From Promethearchaeota archaeon (lineage in GTDB: Archaea > Asgardarchaeota > Lokiarchaeia > Sigyniarchaeales > SOKP01), in assembly GCA_030599585.1 (NCBI GenBank), contig JAUVNS010000011.1, forward strand, positions 96,001-160,000: DNA of 64,000 bases. The letters are read 5' to 3'. The notes below the pieces were generated by a model. It saw nothing but the letters and a program-made list of their open reading frames with translations. It searched no databases and was not told the DNA's origin. Below, one piece after another: positions 40,216-50,548 of the stretch. The position numbers and the translations under genes are program-made. Within the stretch, counting starts at the first letter, position 1. Every line of letters begins with the position of its first letter.

Positions 40216-42573
40216 CTTTAAATTTAATTTATTAGCGTAATTTATAATTTTGTTAAAATTTTCTTGGTTAATAGCAGATTTCGTTTCTATTTTTAATATT
40301 TCCAATAATTGGCTCCCATAATAGGTTTTCATTAACTCAGAAATCTGAAACGATAACTTACCATCCTGAGTATCACGATAAACTTTTGATCGTTCAAATT
40401 CTTCATTTCTAATCTTTAGAATTTCATTCGAGTACTTAACAAAGGGGGTGTGTCGCATTTTTTTAAGATTGAATACCGCGGTTGCTCCGATTTCTCTTAA
40501 CTTAAGGATTTCTTTTATAATCGAATGTATTTTTTTCATTAGTTTTTTTCTAAATTCATGTAGGTCACTCTCTTCGATGAGTAACTCGTGAAATATCTCA
40601 GGATAAGGTAAATCTAATCCTGATAGTTCAGTCGTTAAATTTAATAAGATTATAAATTGATTTGCATTTTCTCTCGGGTGTTTTTTTAAAATGTCGTAGA
40701 TGTATCCTTTTTCTGTATTAATGAAGCGAAATAGGAATTTTCTAAAAGCTTTCGTGAACTTTCCGTAATTCGGTATAAACGACCGATTGGTATTATTTAA
40801 AACTTTCTCATATGCTTCGAAGGGACTAATTTTTTTCTCGAGAACAGATGAAACTAAAGACAACGGGTAATAACCTTCGATAAAGCTCATTCCCTTTTCT
40901 ATGCTGCTTACAGCATCTTTGAAAGAACATTTTGTTATAATGTTTATCGTTCTAACTATATTTGTTCTGACAATATTTCCCTCGATTTTTATAGGATTTT
41001 TCTGACAGAAACATAAGTCAAATGGTTTTATATCGTGAAAAAGAACCGTGTTTTGATCAGGTATAACTATTCGCGCACCGTAAGCATTGACTAAACTACC
41101 TTGACTTGGTTTACTCGCTAAATCCCATTCAATTATTGTGAGATCATCTATACTCGAGTATTTTTGATCGACATCATAATTATATTCCGTAGGTTTACTT
41201 AACAATGAAAAAACATCAACAGCATTAATTTCGTATTTATTTTCTTCACCCCAAAACTTTGTTTTATAGTAGAGAATATCGTGATAATTATGTAAATCGT
41301 CTAGAAATAATTCTTTAAATATTAAGTAATTTAAACCTATTTCTGAAGGTTTAATTATGGATTTATTTACACCGTAGAACCCTAAGTGGTTTATCACATA
41401 ATTATAAGCGGGATTTTTAAGGTTTTCTTTATCGTGATTAACTTCATAAGCATTACGCTTTTTCCGAAAATCTATTTTTGTTTTTTTGATGTTATATTTC
41501 TCCTTAAAATACCTCAAAAAAGCAAATTTCTTTAAATAGACTTTTTTTTCTAATTCTTTTGTTTCATTTTTATAGGTTTTGTATTCTTCGTAATATAGTT
41601 TTTTCGGAATTTCGAATACATCGAATTGTCTTCTCATTAACTTTAATGTGTCTAATACAATAAAGTTATCAATTTCCTCTAAGAAATATTTCAACAGTTT
41701 GTATTTAAAAGCTTCGTAATCTTCTGATGTAATAATATCTTTAAATACCGGATTAAACTCAACTAGAATTTTGTATTTTTTCTTAATAAAATAGAATGAA
41801 AAATATTTCTCGTTGAATTGGTTGGAGTTTGCCATCTTAATTAAGATAGAAATTAAAGAAACGACAAATGACTCTTTTTTAAATTCGTAATAATCTAAAA
41901 TTTTGTCAATAAATTCAATAATTCGAAGTAGATCATAAAAAGTATATATCGAAACTGATTTTAGAAACGATCTGAAGCCATCTTCGATAATAGTATCATA
42001 AGCGTTAAGATATAATCCTAAATCGCTGCTATAGGCTGATTGGAGAAATTCAAAAAGTTCTAAGTAGAGATTGTTTTTTATAGCGGTCTTTAAATATTTT
42101 TCAATTATAGGCTCACAATCCTTGTTTTTGAATATGGCTTTATTGAGATAATTCAAACCTTCGATACAATTATTATTTTCAATGGAAGTATTAGCTAGTT
42201 CTAAATAATTTTTACTTTTTTTCTTAGAGCTATAGTCTTCAGATGTAAAGTTGAAATTATTAATATTATTTAAGATGTTTTTTGAAATTGATGGTTCTAC
42301 CATCAATAGAAGAGTAAGTAAGTGAGGACACGCCTTTTTATCAATATCCAGCCCCGAAAAAAAGACATCACAATCATGAAAGATTTCATTTCTCCTCTCA
42401 TCGATAATGAGATGATACTCGCGTTCCTCATCAAAAATGATTGCTCTTATCTCTATCGGATTTTCTTTCAACGAGATTATGTTAATTTTATTTATTGGAA
42501 ACTTAACTGATTCTTCATATTTTTCTGCTCCGAATCTTTCAGATATTATTTCAGATATTAATTTCTTAGTCAT
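40189..42573 (-). CDS. Large hypothetical protein with N-terminal SWIM-like Zn finger
   Basis: HDC-x13-CPH motif; ATG at 42573 (MTKK) lies 4 bp after the vWA stop and is preferred over 42624. Confidence 0.65.
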   Translation of the reverse strand: MTKKLISEIISERFGAEKYEESVKFPINKINIISLKENPIEIRAIIFDEEREYHLIIDERRNEIFHDCDVFFSGLDIDKKACPHLLTLLLMVEPSISKNILNNINNFNFTSEDYSSKKKSKNYLELANTSIENNNCIEGLNYLNKAIFKNKDCEPIIEKYLKTAIKNNLYLELFEFLQSAYSSDLGLYLNAYDTIIEDGFRSFLKSVSIYTFYDLLRIIEFIDKILDYYEFKKESFVVSLISILIKMANSNQFNEKYFSFYFIKKKYKILVEFNPVFKDIITSEDYEAFKYKLLKYFLEEIDNFIVLDTLKLMRRQFDVFEIPKKLYYEEYKTYKNETKELEKKVYLKKFAFLRYFKEKYNIKKTKIDFRKKRNAYEVNHDKENLKNPAYNYVINHLGFYGVNKSIIKPSEIGLNYLIFKELFLDDLHNYHDILYYKTKFWGEENKYEINAVDVFSLLSKPTEYNYDVDQKYSSIDDLTIIEWDLASKPSQGSLVNAYGARIVIPDQNTVLFHDIKPFDLCFCQKNPIKIEGNIVRTNIVRTINIITKCSFKDAVSSIEKGMSFIEGYYPLSLVSSVLEKKISPFEAYEKVLNNTNRSFIPNYGKFTKAFRKFLFRFINTEKGYIYDILKKHPRENANQFIILLNLTTELSGLDLPYPEIFHELLIEESDLHEFRKKLMKKIHSIIKEILKLREIGATAVFNLKKMRHTPFVKYSNEILKIRNEEFERSKVYRDTQDGKLSFQISELMKTYYGSQLLEILKIETKSAINQENFNKIINYANKLNLKLNVVKILS

Positions 42574-42577
42574 GGTT

Positions 42578-45079
42578 TTAAAATCTCGATTTAATAATCT
42601 CTGAGATAAGTTTGGGAAATTCATTCCAATCTTTAATTGTCAAAAGTTGTCCTCCTGCTATTTTAACCATTTTTTGTGCTTCTTTTAAATTATAGGATGA
42701 TTCTGGAGAAATCAGTACGAAATCTACATTTAAAGAACGAAATTTTCTTAATTCTTCGTTTGCTTGCTGAATATCGTAAATTTCAGCATCAGTAAATAGA
42801 ACATTTAATTTTTCGCGAGAACTAGAATGTTCTTTGAATTGTTTGTTTGCCCATTCTAAAGCACTCTGTAGTCGGGTACCTCCCTTAGCAGTAACAGAAA
42901 GTAAATCATCTGCTAATTTTTCCAAATCTATTTTTTCCGACAATTTCTTTAATACATGCGTATCTGATTCGAAAAAAGCAACGCCAATTTCGTCTTTTCT
43001 CATGCCATATACTAACATCGTCACACAAATAGCCATATATGCTAGTTTCTCCCCTGTCATAGAACCACTGATATCGAGTTCAAAACAAAACGAACGCAAT
43101 CCCTTCGCAGTCTCGTATACATAAAAATCGTCGTAATTGATGTGATCTAATTTCTTGCCTTTTTCTAAAAGGTTAAAAATTGTTTCTTCCAAATCTATAT
43201 TCTCAAAATCATCCCCAATTGAATATGGCCTTACTATATTGATCGGTATTGTCCCCGTTGTTGCGCTACCTAATCGTGCTCTGGAATAGTAGACACCTAA
43301 ATCAATTAACATTTTTTTTGCTAATTCTTTTACTTTCACTTTAACTTTTTCAGGTAAACTACTCCGATGAATAAACCATTGTTTAAGGAGGTTTTCGCCA
43401 CTTCCAGCAGATAAACAAGATATTACTTTATCCTGGCCTTCTTTACCAGCAATTTGTTGAGCTCCTTTTAATGCCTCACCCATGTTGTAATGGCCAATTG
43501 CAGCTAAAGCATCACGGTTATCGTTGGCTAATGCACTGCTTAGTAATTCTTTGATCCTATCTGTGTTTAGTTGATCTTGGAGTTGGTTAATCATATTACT
43601 AATCCTTTGAAAATCGGCAATTTTTTCTTCCACCATTTTTTTTAACAGTTGATAATTAGGCTCAACAAGTTCAGATATATCCACTTCTGACATGCCTAAT
43701 TCTTCTCCAATTCTTTTAATGTCATCAGTGTTAGGGTTTAAACCAATTTTCCTTAAGAATTCAGTTGCATTTTTTAATTGATCTGGGGTATCGCAAGCCT
43801 CTAATGTTTGAGAAATTAAATCGGGCAATTTTTGGGATATTTTCTGACTGCATTGAATATTTGGACAACTATTCATTAATTGCTGTATCTGATGTGAAAG
43901 CGATTTTAGAGCTTCGAAATTGATGTTCTGATTGTTTGCCTCCTTTATAGCATTTTCAAGAGCTTGGTTAAATAAATTATTCCATGATTTATTTGCTAAG
44001 GCATTTTTTGTAAGAGATTCTAATGATAGATTCATTTGAGAATTTAAAGATTGCTGATCGAGCTTATTAAGTAATTCTTCTCTTAAGTTGGTTCCAAAAT
44101 ACTGATCTAATGAGTCTGCGAGATTGAAATTGTGCTCAAAGGAAGACTGGTTTAAGGAGTTGTTTAAGATTTTATCTTGATCAAATTTAGGTGTTTCGCC
44201 TAATGTTTTCGCTGCGTTAAATAGCTGATCTAAATTATTAATCTGGTTTTGCAGTTGATTTTTAATTTGTTTTATCTGTTCCAGTATATCTTGATTATCT
44301 GATGTTTCCCCAATAAATTTTAATGATTTTAAAAGATCGTCAAGTTTATTCGCATTAATTAATTTCGTTAAATCTTCTATAATGCTTTGATCAGTGAGAG
44401 CCTTACTTGCGAGTTTTTCCCATTCTCGTAGGGATTCCTGCTGAATCAAATCGTTTAAACCTAAATTAGACCCCGCTTTTAAATCTTCCGGACTCAATGA
44501 GTTAATTTTTTGCTCCAACCTTTTTTGTGCTTCTTGTATCAACTCTTCTAAAGAAGAAATTTCTTCTTTATACAATTCTGAGTCATCATTGAAAAAATTT
44601 AAAGCAGATTTATAAGGCTCCTCTTCTCGATTAGCGTTTAATTCTTCTAAAAACTCCTCTAATTTTTGAATTTTATTCGTATCAAGCATTTTAGTCTTTT
44701 CGATTTCATCAATCATTTCTTGAAGCTTATCAAGTTCTGTTAATATATCAGATTCTTCTAGTTCTTCCCCAAATTCACCCTCTAAGTTATCATCTTCTTG
44801 AAAGAATGAATCCATCATATTCTTTTTATAATTAGGAAAGAGAATCTGAAAAGCTATATCTTTTGCTATTTCTTGATTATCTGGAAAAGAAGTCACTGCG
44901 CTTATTTCTATGTAATCGTTAGCAGTTACCACTCCTTTACGATAATATCTTGATAAGAGTAATTTGGGGATAGATAGAACTTGTCGAGAACTCGGAATCT
45001 GAACGATATCACGATGTCTTCTCATCTTACGAATGAAATCTACAGCAAATTCACAAGGATTTTCTGGAAAAACGCCCAT
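42578..45079 (-). CDS. vWA-domain protein (CoxE/ViaA-like partner of the AAA ATPase)
   Basis: C-terminal ELDISGSM MIDAS, GGTRL, FTDAE; long helical middle region. Confidence 0.85.
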   Translation of the reverse strand: MGVFPENPCEFAVDFIRKMRRHRDIVQIPSSRQVLSIPKLLLSRYYRKGVVTANDYIEISAVTSFPDNQEIAKDIAFQILFPNYKKNMMDSFFQEDDNLEGEFGEELEESDILTELDKLQEMIDEIEKTKMLDTNKIQKLEEFLEELNANREEEPYKSALNFFNDDSELYKEEISSLEELIQEAQKRLEQKINSLSPEDLKAGSNLGLNDLIQQESLREWEKLASKALTDQSIIEDLTKLINANKLDDLLKSLKFIGETSDNQDILEQIKQIKNQLQNQINNLDQLFNAAKTLGETPKFDQDKILNNSLNQSSFEHNFNLADSLDQYFGTNLREELLNKLDQQSLNSQMNLSLESLTKNALANKSWNNLFNQALENAIKEANNQNINFEALKSLSHQIQQLMNSCPNIQCSQKISQKLPDLISQTLEACDTPDQLKNATEFLRKIGLNPNTDDIKRIGEELGMSEVDISELVEPNYQLLKKMVEEKIADFQRISNMINQLQDQLNTDRIKELLSSALANDNRDALAAIGHYNMGEALKGAQQIAGKEGQDKVISCLSAGSGENLLKQWFIHRSSLPEKVKVKVKELAKKMLIDLGVYYSRARLGSATTGTIPINIVRPYSIGDDFENIDLEETIFNLLEKGKKLDHINYDDFYVYETAKGLRSFCFELDISGSMTGEKLAYMAICVTMLVYGMRKDEIGVAFFESDTHVLKKLSEKIDLEKLADDLLSVTAKGGTRLQSALEWANKQFKEHSSSREKLNVLFTDAEIYDIQQANEELRKFRSLNVDFVLISPESSYNLKEAQKMVKIAGGQLLTIKDWNEFPKLISEIIKSRF

Positions 45080-45096
45080 AAATTATCAGATACCTC

Positions 45097-46050
45097 CTAC
45101 GAACCTAAAGTTTTATGTATGATATTTTCAATTATATGTTCAACTTTTGTGCCCGGTTTTGGTTTGATTGAACCTAATAAAACATGTTGAGTAACTTCTG
45201 AAAGATATTCATATACTGACACCTTTTCTTTTAGCTCTCCTCTTTTTTCTAAAGAACGTCTACGGCCTAAAAGTTTAGCAATAGCAATACCTGCTCTAAT
45301 GGAGGCTGGTACCTCGATATCTATTTTATTTTTTCTTGTTTCATTTATTATGGAATAAATTAATTCTAATTCTGATTCTTCTATTTCGAAATGTTCTGGT
45401 AAATTTATTCTGATAATATCGAGCTCAGTCGCCTTATCTGGATATGTTAATTTGATCCACACCTTAATTCTATCCTTCAATGCCTCAGATAATCGATGAG
45501 TTCCAGATAATTCTTCAGGGTTCATCGCAGAAATAAAAAAGAAATCTTTATCGGCTTTTATTCTTCCGAGGTGAGGAATGCTGATAGACGCTTCTTCTAA
45601 TGGTTCTAATAACGTATTTTGGGAATATTCTGTAGCCCTATTAATCTCATTTGCTAAAAACGTCCCACCCTCTAACATTGCTCTCAAAAGTGGTCCAGGA
45701 TTGAATGCTTCTAGCACAAATCCTTTTTTTAGTGTAATTGCAGGGTCGAAACTTCCAATGAAATGGCTTGGCTTAATTGATTCGTCAAGCGTTAACCAAT
45801 TGAAATTCTTGTTTTTATTTTCTTTTGCTCTTAATTTCGCAAAATAGCGACACAGAATAGTTTTTCCAACTCCAGGAGGACCTACAAGAGCGGGAAATAA
45901 TCCCGTTGCCTCTGCATCCCTAAGTAATTCTAATGCTTTTCCATATTGCCCTGATAAGACAATATCTATTTGTTCCTCAGAAATATTCTTGATAAGGCGT
46001 TCTTTGAATAATTCCTCAAATCTTTGTTTATCAATCATCGTAAAAATCAA
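45097..46050 (-). CDS. MoxR-superfamily AAA+ ATPase (CoxD/GvpN-like)
   Basis: GPPGVGKT, PGPLLRAM, LANEINRA, MNPEE, LSEALKDR. Confidence 0.85.
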   Translation of the reverse strand: MIFTMIDKQRFEELFKERLIKNISEEQIDIVLSGQYGKALELLRDAEATGLFPALVGPPGVGKTILCRYFAKLRAKENKNKNFNWLTLDESIKPSHFIGSFDPAITLKKGFVLEAFNPGPLLRAMLEGGTFLANEINRATEYSQNTLLEPLEEASISIPHLGRIKADKDFFFISAMNPEELSGTHRLSEALKDRIKVWIKLTYPDKATELDIIRINLPEHFEIEESELELIYSIINETRKNKIDIEVPASIRAGIAIAKLLGRRRSLEKRGELKEKVSVYEYLSEVTQHVLLGSIKPKPGTKVEHIIENIIHKTLGS

Positions 46051-46128
46051 CTAGTATAGTTTATGTGTATAGTAATTGTTAATTTTTAATCTATATTTTT
46101 ATATAGTATAAACAGTACAAAAAATATT

Positions 46129-46971
46129 TTGATCCTTGTTAGAAATTTGACGCAAAAAACTCGACCACACCCTTTTTTAAAGTGGGCAGGCGGTAAACGG
46201 CAATTACTACCACAAATGGATGAGCATTTCCCTAAACGCTATAATAGATACATTGAGCCCTTTATTGGTGGCGGAGCTGTTTTTTTCCATTTGCTTCCTG
46301 AACATTCAATTGTATCAGATAATAATCCCGATTTAATAAATTGCTACAAGGTCGTAAAAGAAGATGTAGAGGGTTTAATAAAATCTCTAAAGAAACATAA
46401 ATACGAAAAGAATTACTATTATGAGATTCGAGCTCTCGACCGGGATTTTAAAAAATTTACTGAACTATCAGATGTTGAGAAAGCTTCACGATCCATTTAT
46501 TTAAATAAAACCGGATACAACGGATTATATCGCGTTAACAGTAAAGGCCTCTTTAACGTTCCTTTTGGAAGGCATAAAAATCCAAAAATATGTGATGAGA
46601 TAAATTTAAGAAATGTTAGTCAAGTTTTAAAGAAGGTTGAAATATCTCTGGGTTCTTTCGAAATCTGCTTAGATTTTGCAGAAAAAGATGATTTTATATA
46701 CTTTGACCCACCTTATTTTCCACTTTCTGACACTGCTTTATTTACAAGTTATACTAAAAATAGTTTTGACAAATCTTCGCAAATAAAATTATTTGAAGTG
46801 TTTAAGGAACTTAATAGAAGAGGGTGTAATCTGATGTTGAGTAATTCCTATTCCGAATTCATATTAGATTTGTATAAAGATTTTAAAATTATTACATTGA
46901 AAGCTAAAAGAAATATAAATAGCAATTCGCAGAAAAGGGGATTAATTAACGAAGTTTTGATTCTGAATTAA
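46129..46971 (+). CDS. dam: DNA adenine methyltransferase, Dam/DpnM family (probably GATC)
   Basis: PFLKWAGGK, EPFIGGG, YNGLYRVNSKGLFNVPFG, DPPY, MLSNS. Confidence 0.9.
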   Translation: MILVRNLTQKTRPHPFLKWAGGKRQLLPQMDEHFPKRYNRYIEPFIGGGAVFFHLLPEHSIVSDNNPDLINCYKVVKEDVEGLIKSLKKHKYEKNYYYEIRALDRDFKKFTELSDVEKASRSIYLNKTGYNGLYRVNSKGLFNVPFGRHKNPKICDEINLRNVSQVLKKVEISLGSFEICLDFAEKDDFIYFDPPYFPLSDTALFTSYTKNSFDKSSQIKLFEVFKELNRRGCNLMLSNSYSEFILDLYKDFKIITLKAKRNINSNSQKRGLINEVLILN

Positions 46972-47080
46972 GATATGTAATGTTCAATTATAACAACTTT
47001 TATTTAGTTTTATAATTATATTAAAATTTAATACAAAGTGTTTATTCGACACTAATAATTACGAATTATGTTGATTTTTT

Positions 47081-49459
47081 ATGCAAGTAGAGCAAATTTC
47101 TCCATCTGATTATAAGGATCGCATTTTAAGAATGAAAAAAGATGTTGTTTCCCAACCACATGAACTCTGTATAGAAAGAGCTAAACTTTTCACTGAGTCG
47201 TATAAAGCTACAAAGAATGAACCCCAAAATATTAGGTTTGCAAAAGCTATGTATCATTTATTGACGAATATGGCAATAAAAATACGGGAAGATGAATTCG
47301 TTGTTGGGAATCGATGTACTAAATTTGTTGGAACACCCTTATATCCTGAAGTACGCGTTGATACAATTGAACAAGACATTAACCTCTATAACAATCGAGA
47401 AACTCAACGGCTATTACTTTCAGATGACGATAAACAAATCATAATCGAAGAAATTATACCATATTGGAAAAACGAAGAAGAGACTACGAAATCCAGATTT
47501 GACTCTTACTTAAATCCCGAATTAACTGATCTCATGCTAAATTTACTTTATGTCGTGGATACAAATATAACTAACGGGACGGGACATTTCTTCCCAGGAC
47601 ATCATAACGTTTTAAAAGCGGGATTTAACGGCTTAATTCAAAAAGTAAGAGAGAAGATGAAAGAATTTTCAGAAGATCAAAAGAAAATGGACTTTTTGGA
47701 GTCAGTTATTATCGTTTTAGATGGTTCTAAAGAGTTTATTCAAAGATTCTCAATATTGGCAACTGAATTAGCAGAAAAAGAAGACAATCGTAATAGAAAA
47801 CAAGAGCTTTATGAAATTGCTGAAATTTGTTCTAATATCTCTGGTAACCCACCATCCTCATTTAAAGAAGCCTTTCAATTATTGTATTTCACTCACGTAA
47901 TCGCTGGTCTCGAAGATGGAGGTTTTGCTATTAGTATAGGACGCATTGATCAAGTTCTCTATCCTTTTTATTTTGAGGATAAAAAAAAAGGGGTTATAAC
48001 AGATGAAGTAGTACAATTTTTAATTGAATGTTTTTACTTGAAGCTTACAACGCTATGGAATTATGTCCTCCATAAAGGAATTATAGTTGCAGAAGGACCA
48101 CCCCTTACTGCAAATTTGACCATAGGAGGCGTTGATAAAAATGGAAATGACGCTACAAATCAATTGTCTTATCTATTTTTAGATTCGTACAAAAAGTTAA
48201 AAACGGTTCAACCTACTTTTTCTGTTCGCGTTCATGATAAATCTCCGGACGATTTACTTGTAAAAACAGGAGAAGCTATTAAATCAGGTGCTAGTATTGC
48301 GTTGTTCAACGATGTTGTCATGATTCCAGGTCTTAATAAGCTTGGCTATACTATAGAAGATGCGCGTGGATACGCACCAATAGGGTGTGTAGAACCTACA
48401 CATACTTATAAGTCATTTGGATGTACAAACGCCACTCAATTAAATATTGTGAAGTGCTTAGAATTAACCTTGAACAATGGGACAGATATGTTTACAAGAA
48501 GGGCATACGGCATTGAAAACACAAAAAAGCTCTCATCATATCAAGATTTATGGGACGAGTTTTCGAACCAACTTAGTTTTTTTGTTAAAAATTTGGTAAA
48601 AACAATGTCTTTCCTTGAAAAAACTATTGCTGAGCTCAATCCACAACCCTTTTTATCCGCAACTATAGACGATTGCATTGAACGGGGGTGTGATATCACA
48701 AGTGGAGGCGCTAAATATGATTTTACTACGACTCAACTAATTGGTTTTTCTACGGTTGCCGATTCTCTTGCTGTAATTAAAAAACTAGTCTACGAGGAAA
48801 AATTATTATCTTTAGAAGATTTAATCAAGATACTATCAAAGAATTACCGGGGTACCTATAATGGGAAAAAGGGAGAAGAAATAAGACAAATCTTTATTAA
48901 TAAAGTCGCTAAATTTGGAAACGATAACGATTTTGTCGACATCATAGCTCGTGACGTAGCAGAATTGTTCTGTAAGGAAATTCTTAAACATAAAAATTAT
49001 AGAGGTGGAAAATATCATCCAGGAATTTATTCTACAACTTTTCACATGGCATTTGGAGTTTTTACAGCAGCCTCTGCTGATGGAAGGAAGGCAAGAGATT
49101 ATCTTTCAAATGGAGTTGGTCCAACCAACGGAAGGGATAAAAACGGTCCAACAGCGATACTTAATTCAATTATGAAGCTGGATAATGAATTAATAACGAA
49201 TGGAAACTCAGTAATATTAGCTTTTCATCCAAACACACTAAAGATAGAATTGTTCCTTCCACTCATTAGAGCCTATTTTGAAGAAAAGGGAGGCTATCAC
49301 ATTCAATTTAATGTAGTTGGAAAAGAAATTCTATGCGATGCTCAAATAAATCCAAAAGAATATCAAGGCTTAGTTGTACGGATCGCTGGTTATGCCGTAT
49401 TGTTTACAGAATTATCTAAATCCGCACAAGACGAGATTATTGGTCGAACGGAGTTTTAA
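47081..49459 (+). CDS. Glycyl radical enzyme (PFL2/dehydratase-like family)
   Basis: GRIDQ, IGCVEP Cys loop, C-terminal VVRIAGY glycyl radical motif. Confidence 0.92.
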   Translation: MQVEQISPSDYKDRILRMKKDVVSQPHELCIERAKLFTESYKATKNEPQNIRFAKAMYHLLTNMAIKIREDEFVVGNRCTKFVGTPLYPEVRVDTIEQDINLYNNRETQRLLLSDDDKQIIIEEIIPYWKNEEETTKSRFDSYLNPELTDLMLNLLYVVDTNITNGTGHFFPGHHNVLKAGFNGLIQKVREKMKEFSEDQKKMDFLESVIIVLDGSKEFIQRFSILATELAEKEDNRNRKQELYEIAEICSNISGNPPSSFKEAFQLLYFTHVIAGLEDGGFAISIGRIDQVLYPFYFEDKKKGVITDEVVQFLIECFYLKLTTLWNYVLHKGIIVAEGPPLTANLTIGGVDKNGNDATNQLSYLFLDSYKKLKTVQPTFSVRVHDKSPDDLLVKTGEAIKSGASIALFNDVVMIPGLNKLGYTIEDARGYAPIGCVEPTHTYKSFGCTNATQLNIVKCLELTLNNGTDMFTRRAYGIENTKKLSSYQDLWDEFSNQLSFFVKNLVKTMSFLEKTIAELNPQPFLSATIDDCIERGCDITSGGAKYDFTTTQLIGFSTVADSLAVIKKLVYEEKLLSLEDLIKILSKNYRGTYNGKKGEEIRQIFINKVAKFGNDNDFVDIIARDVAELFCKEILKHKNYRGGKYHPGIYSTTFHMAFGVFTAASADGRKARDYLSNGVGPTNGRDKNGPTAILNSIMKLDNELITNGNSVILAFHPNTLKIELFLPLIRAYFEEKGGYHIQFNVVGKEILCDAQINPKEYQGLVVRIAGYAVLFTELSKSAQDEIIGRTEF

Positions 49460-49553
49460 TTGCATTCAAATGTATTTCATATATTTCTCGATTCAAAATC
49501 ACAAAAATTTTTAGTCTATAATTATTTTTTATTGTATTAAGAATTATAAATAA

Positions 49554-49625
49554 GGGCCTGTAGATCAGTCGCAGATCGCTTGGTTCGCAATCAAGAGGTC
49601 ACGGGTTCAATTCCCGTCAGGTCCA
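49554..49625 (+). tRNA. tRNA-Ala(CGC)
   Basis: Acceptor GGGCCTG/CAGGTCC with G3:U70, anticodon arm CTTGG-TTCGCAA-TCAAG, T-arm ACGGG-TTCAATT-CCCGT, discriminator A; no encoded CCA. Confidence 0.92.
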
Positions 49626-49646
49626 CTATTACTTTGAAAAAAAAAA

Positions 49647-50519
49647 TTAAATTGTATCTTCTCCTACTCCTAATTGTGAAATCATCATCCTCTTGAGCTC
49701 TTCTTTGTTTTTAGGTAATCCAAACATATCCGCATATTTATCGGTTGTATTTAATTCTGCTGACCTTCCTTTTTTTACCGCCGTTATTAGATCGTTGTCC
49801 AAGAGGTATTTCACATGCTCGTAAGCGCCACTCCCTCTTAATTTAATAACGGTTGATTTTAAAATTGGCTGTTTCAGAGCAATTACTGTAAGTGTTCTTA
49901 AATAGCGCTCAGCAATAGCACCACCTTTAGCGAATTTGGAAACTGTTTCTGTAAGTTCCGGTCTTAGCTGCATTTGATATTTTTCTCCAATTTGGGCTAC
50001 AATCAATGCACCTTCACGGTCCAAATAGTCAAAAGCAACTACATTTACAAGTTCTTCGACTTCTTTTTTTGGGATTTCTAATTTAGTTGATAATTCTTCT
50101 ACATCCAGAGGTCTACCAGCCGCGTAAAGAGCACCCTCTATTAAATTTCTCCGTAGAATTTTTAATTGTAATTCTAATTCTTCCTTCGTGAGTTCTTTAG
50201 GTATATGGGATTCAACTATATCCGCTCCTATAACTTCGGTCTCTCGTTTGCTTAAGCTTTCTTCTGACGGGTCAAGACTTGATAAATTTTCTTCCTCAAT
50301 ACTTAATTCTTCTTCAATAAACTCTTGGCTATCTTCTTCATCAGAATCTTGTTTAAGATAATCTTCGATGGTTTCTTTGGTCTCTAATTCGATCTCAATA
50401 TCCTCTAAATTCCTTTCTTCTTGAGTAATTTCTTCGGCATCGGTCTCATCTAAAGGTTCTTCTTCATTCGTTTCGTCTTTGAATTGATTTTCCTGTTCTT
50501 TTTCATTATTTTCGTTCAG
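49647..50519 (-). CDS. scpB: SMC-Scp subunit ScpB with a ~115-aa acidic N-terminal extension
   Basis: Frame is open 165 codons upstream of the tracked ORF, through LIEGALYAAGRPLDVEEL, to CTG at 50519 after GGTGA; C-terminal TLTVIALKQP...RG...TTDKYADMFGL. Confidence 0.88.
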   Translation of the reverse strand: MNENNEKEQENQFKDETNEEEPLDETDAEEITQEERNLEDIEIELETKETIEDYLKQDSDEEDSQEFIEEELSIEEENLSSLDPSEESLSKRETEVIGADIVESHIPKELTKEELELQLKILRRNLIEGALYAAGRPLDVEELSTKLEIPKKEVEELVNVVAFDYLDREGALIVAQIGEKYQMQLRPELTETVSKFAKGGAIAERYLRTLTVIALKQPILKSTVIKLRGSGAYEHVKYLLDNDLITAVKKGRSAELNTTDKYADMFGLPKNKEELKRMMISQLGVGEDTI

Positions 50520-50548
50520 ATTCTATCACCAAAAATTTGGATTGTAAT

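Noticed and set aside
46129-49625. dam + GRE as an island integrated at tRNA-Ala
   Set aside because: The genes lie 5' of the tRNA; no integrase or direct repeat found
49554-49625. tRNA-Ala D-loop has GC instead of the usual GG (pseudogene?)
   Set aside because: All stems and G3:U70 are intact; a single deviation is not enough evidence
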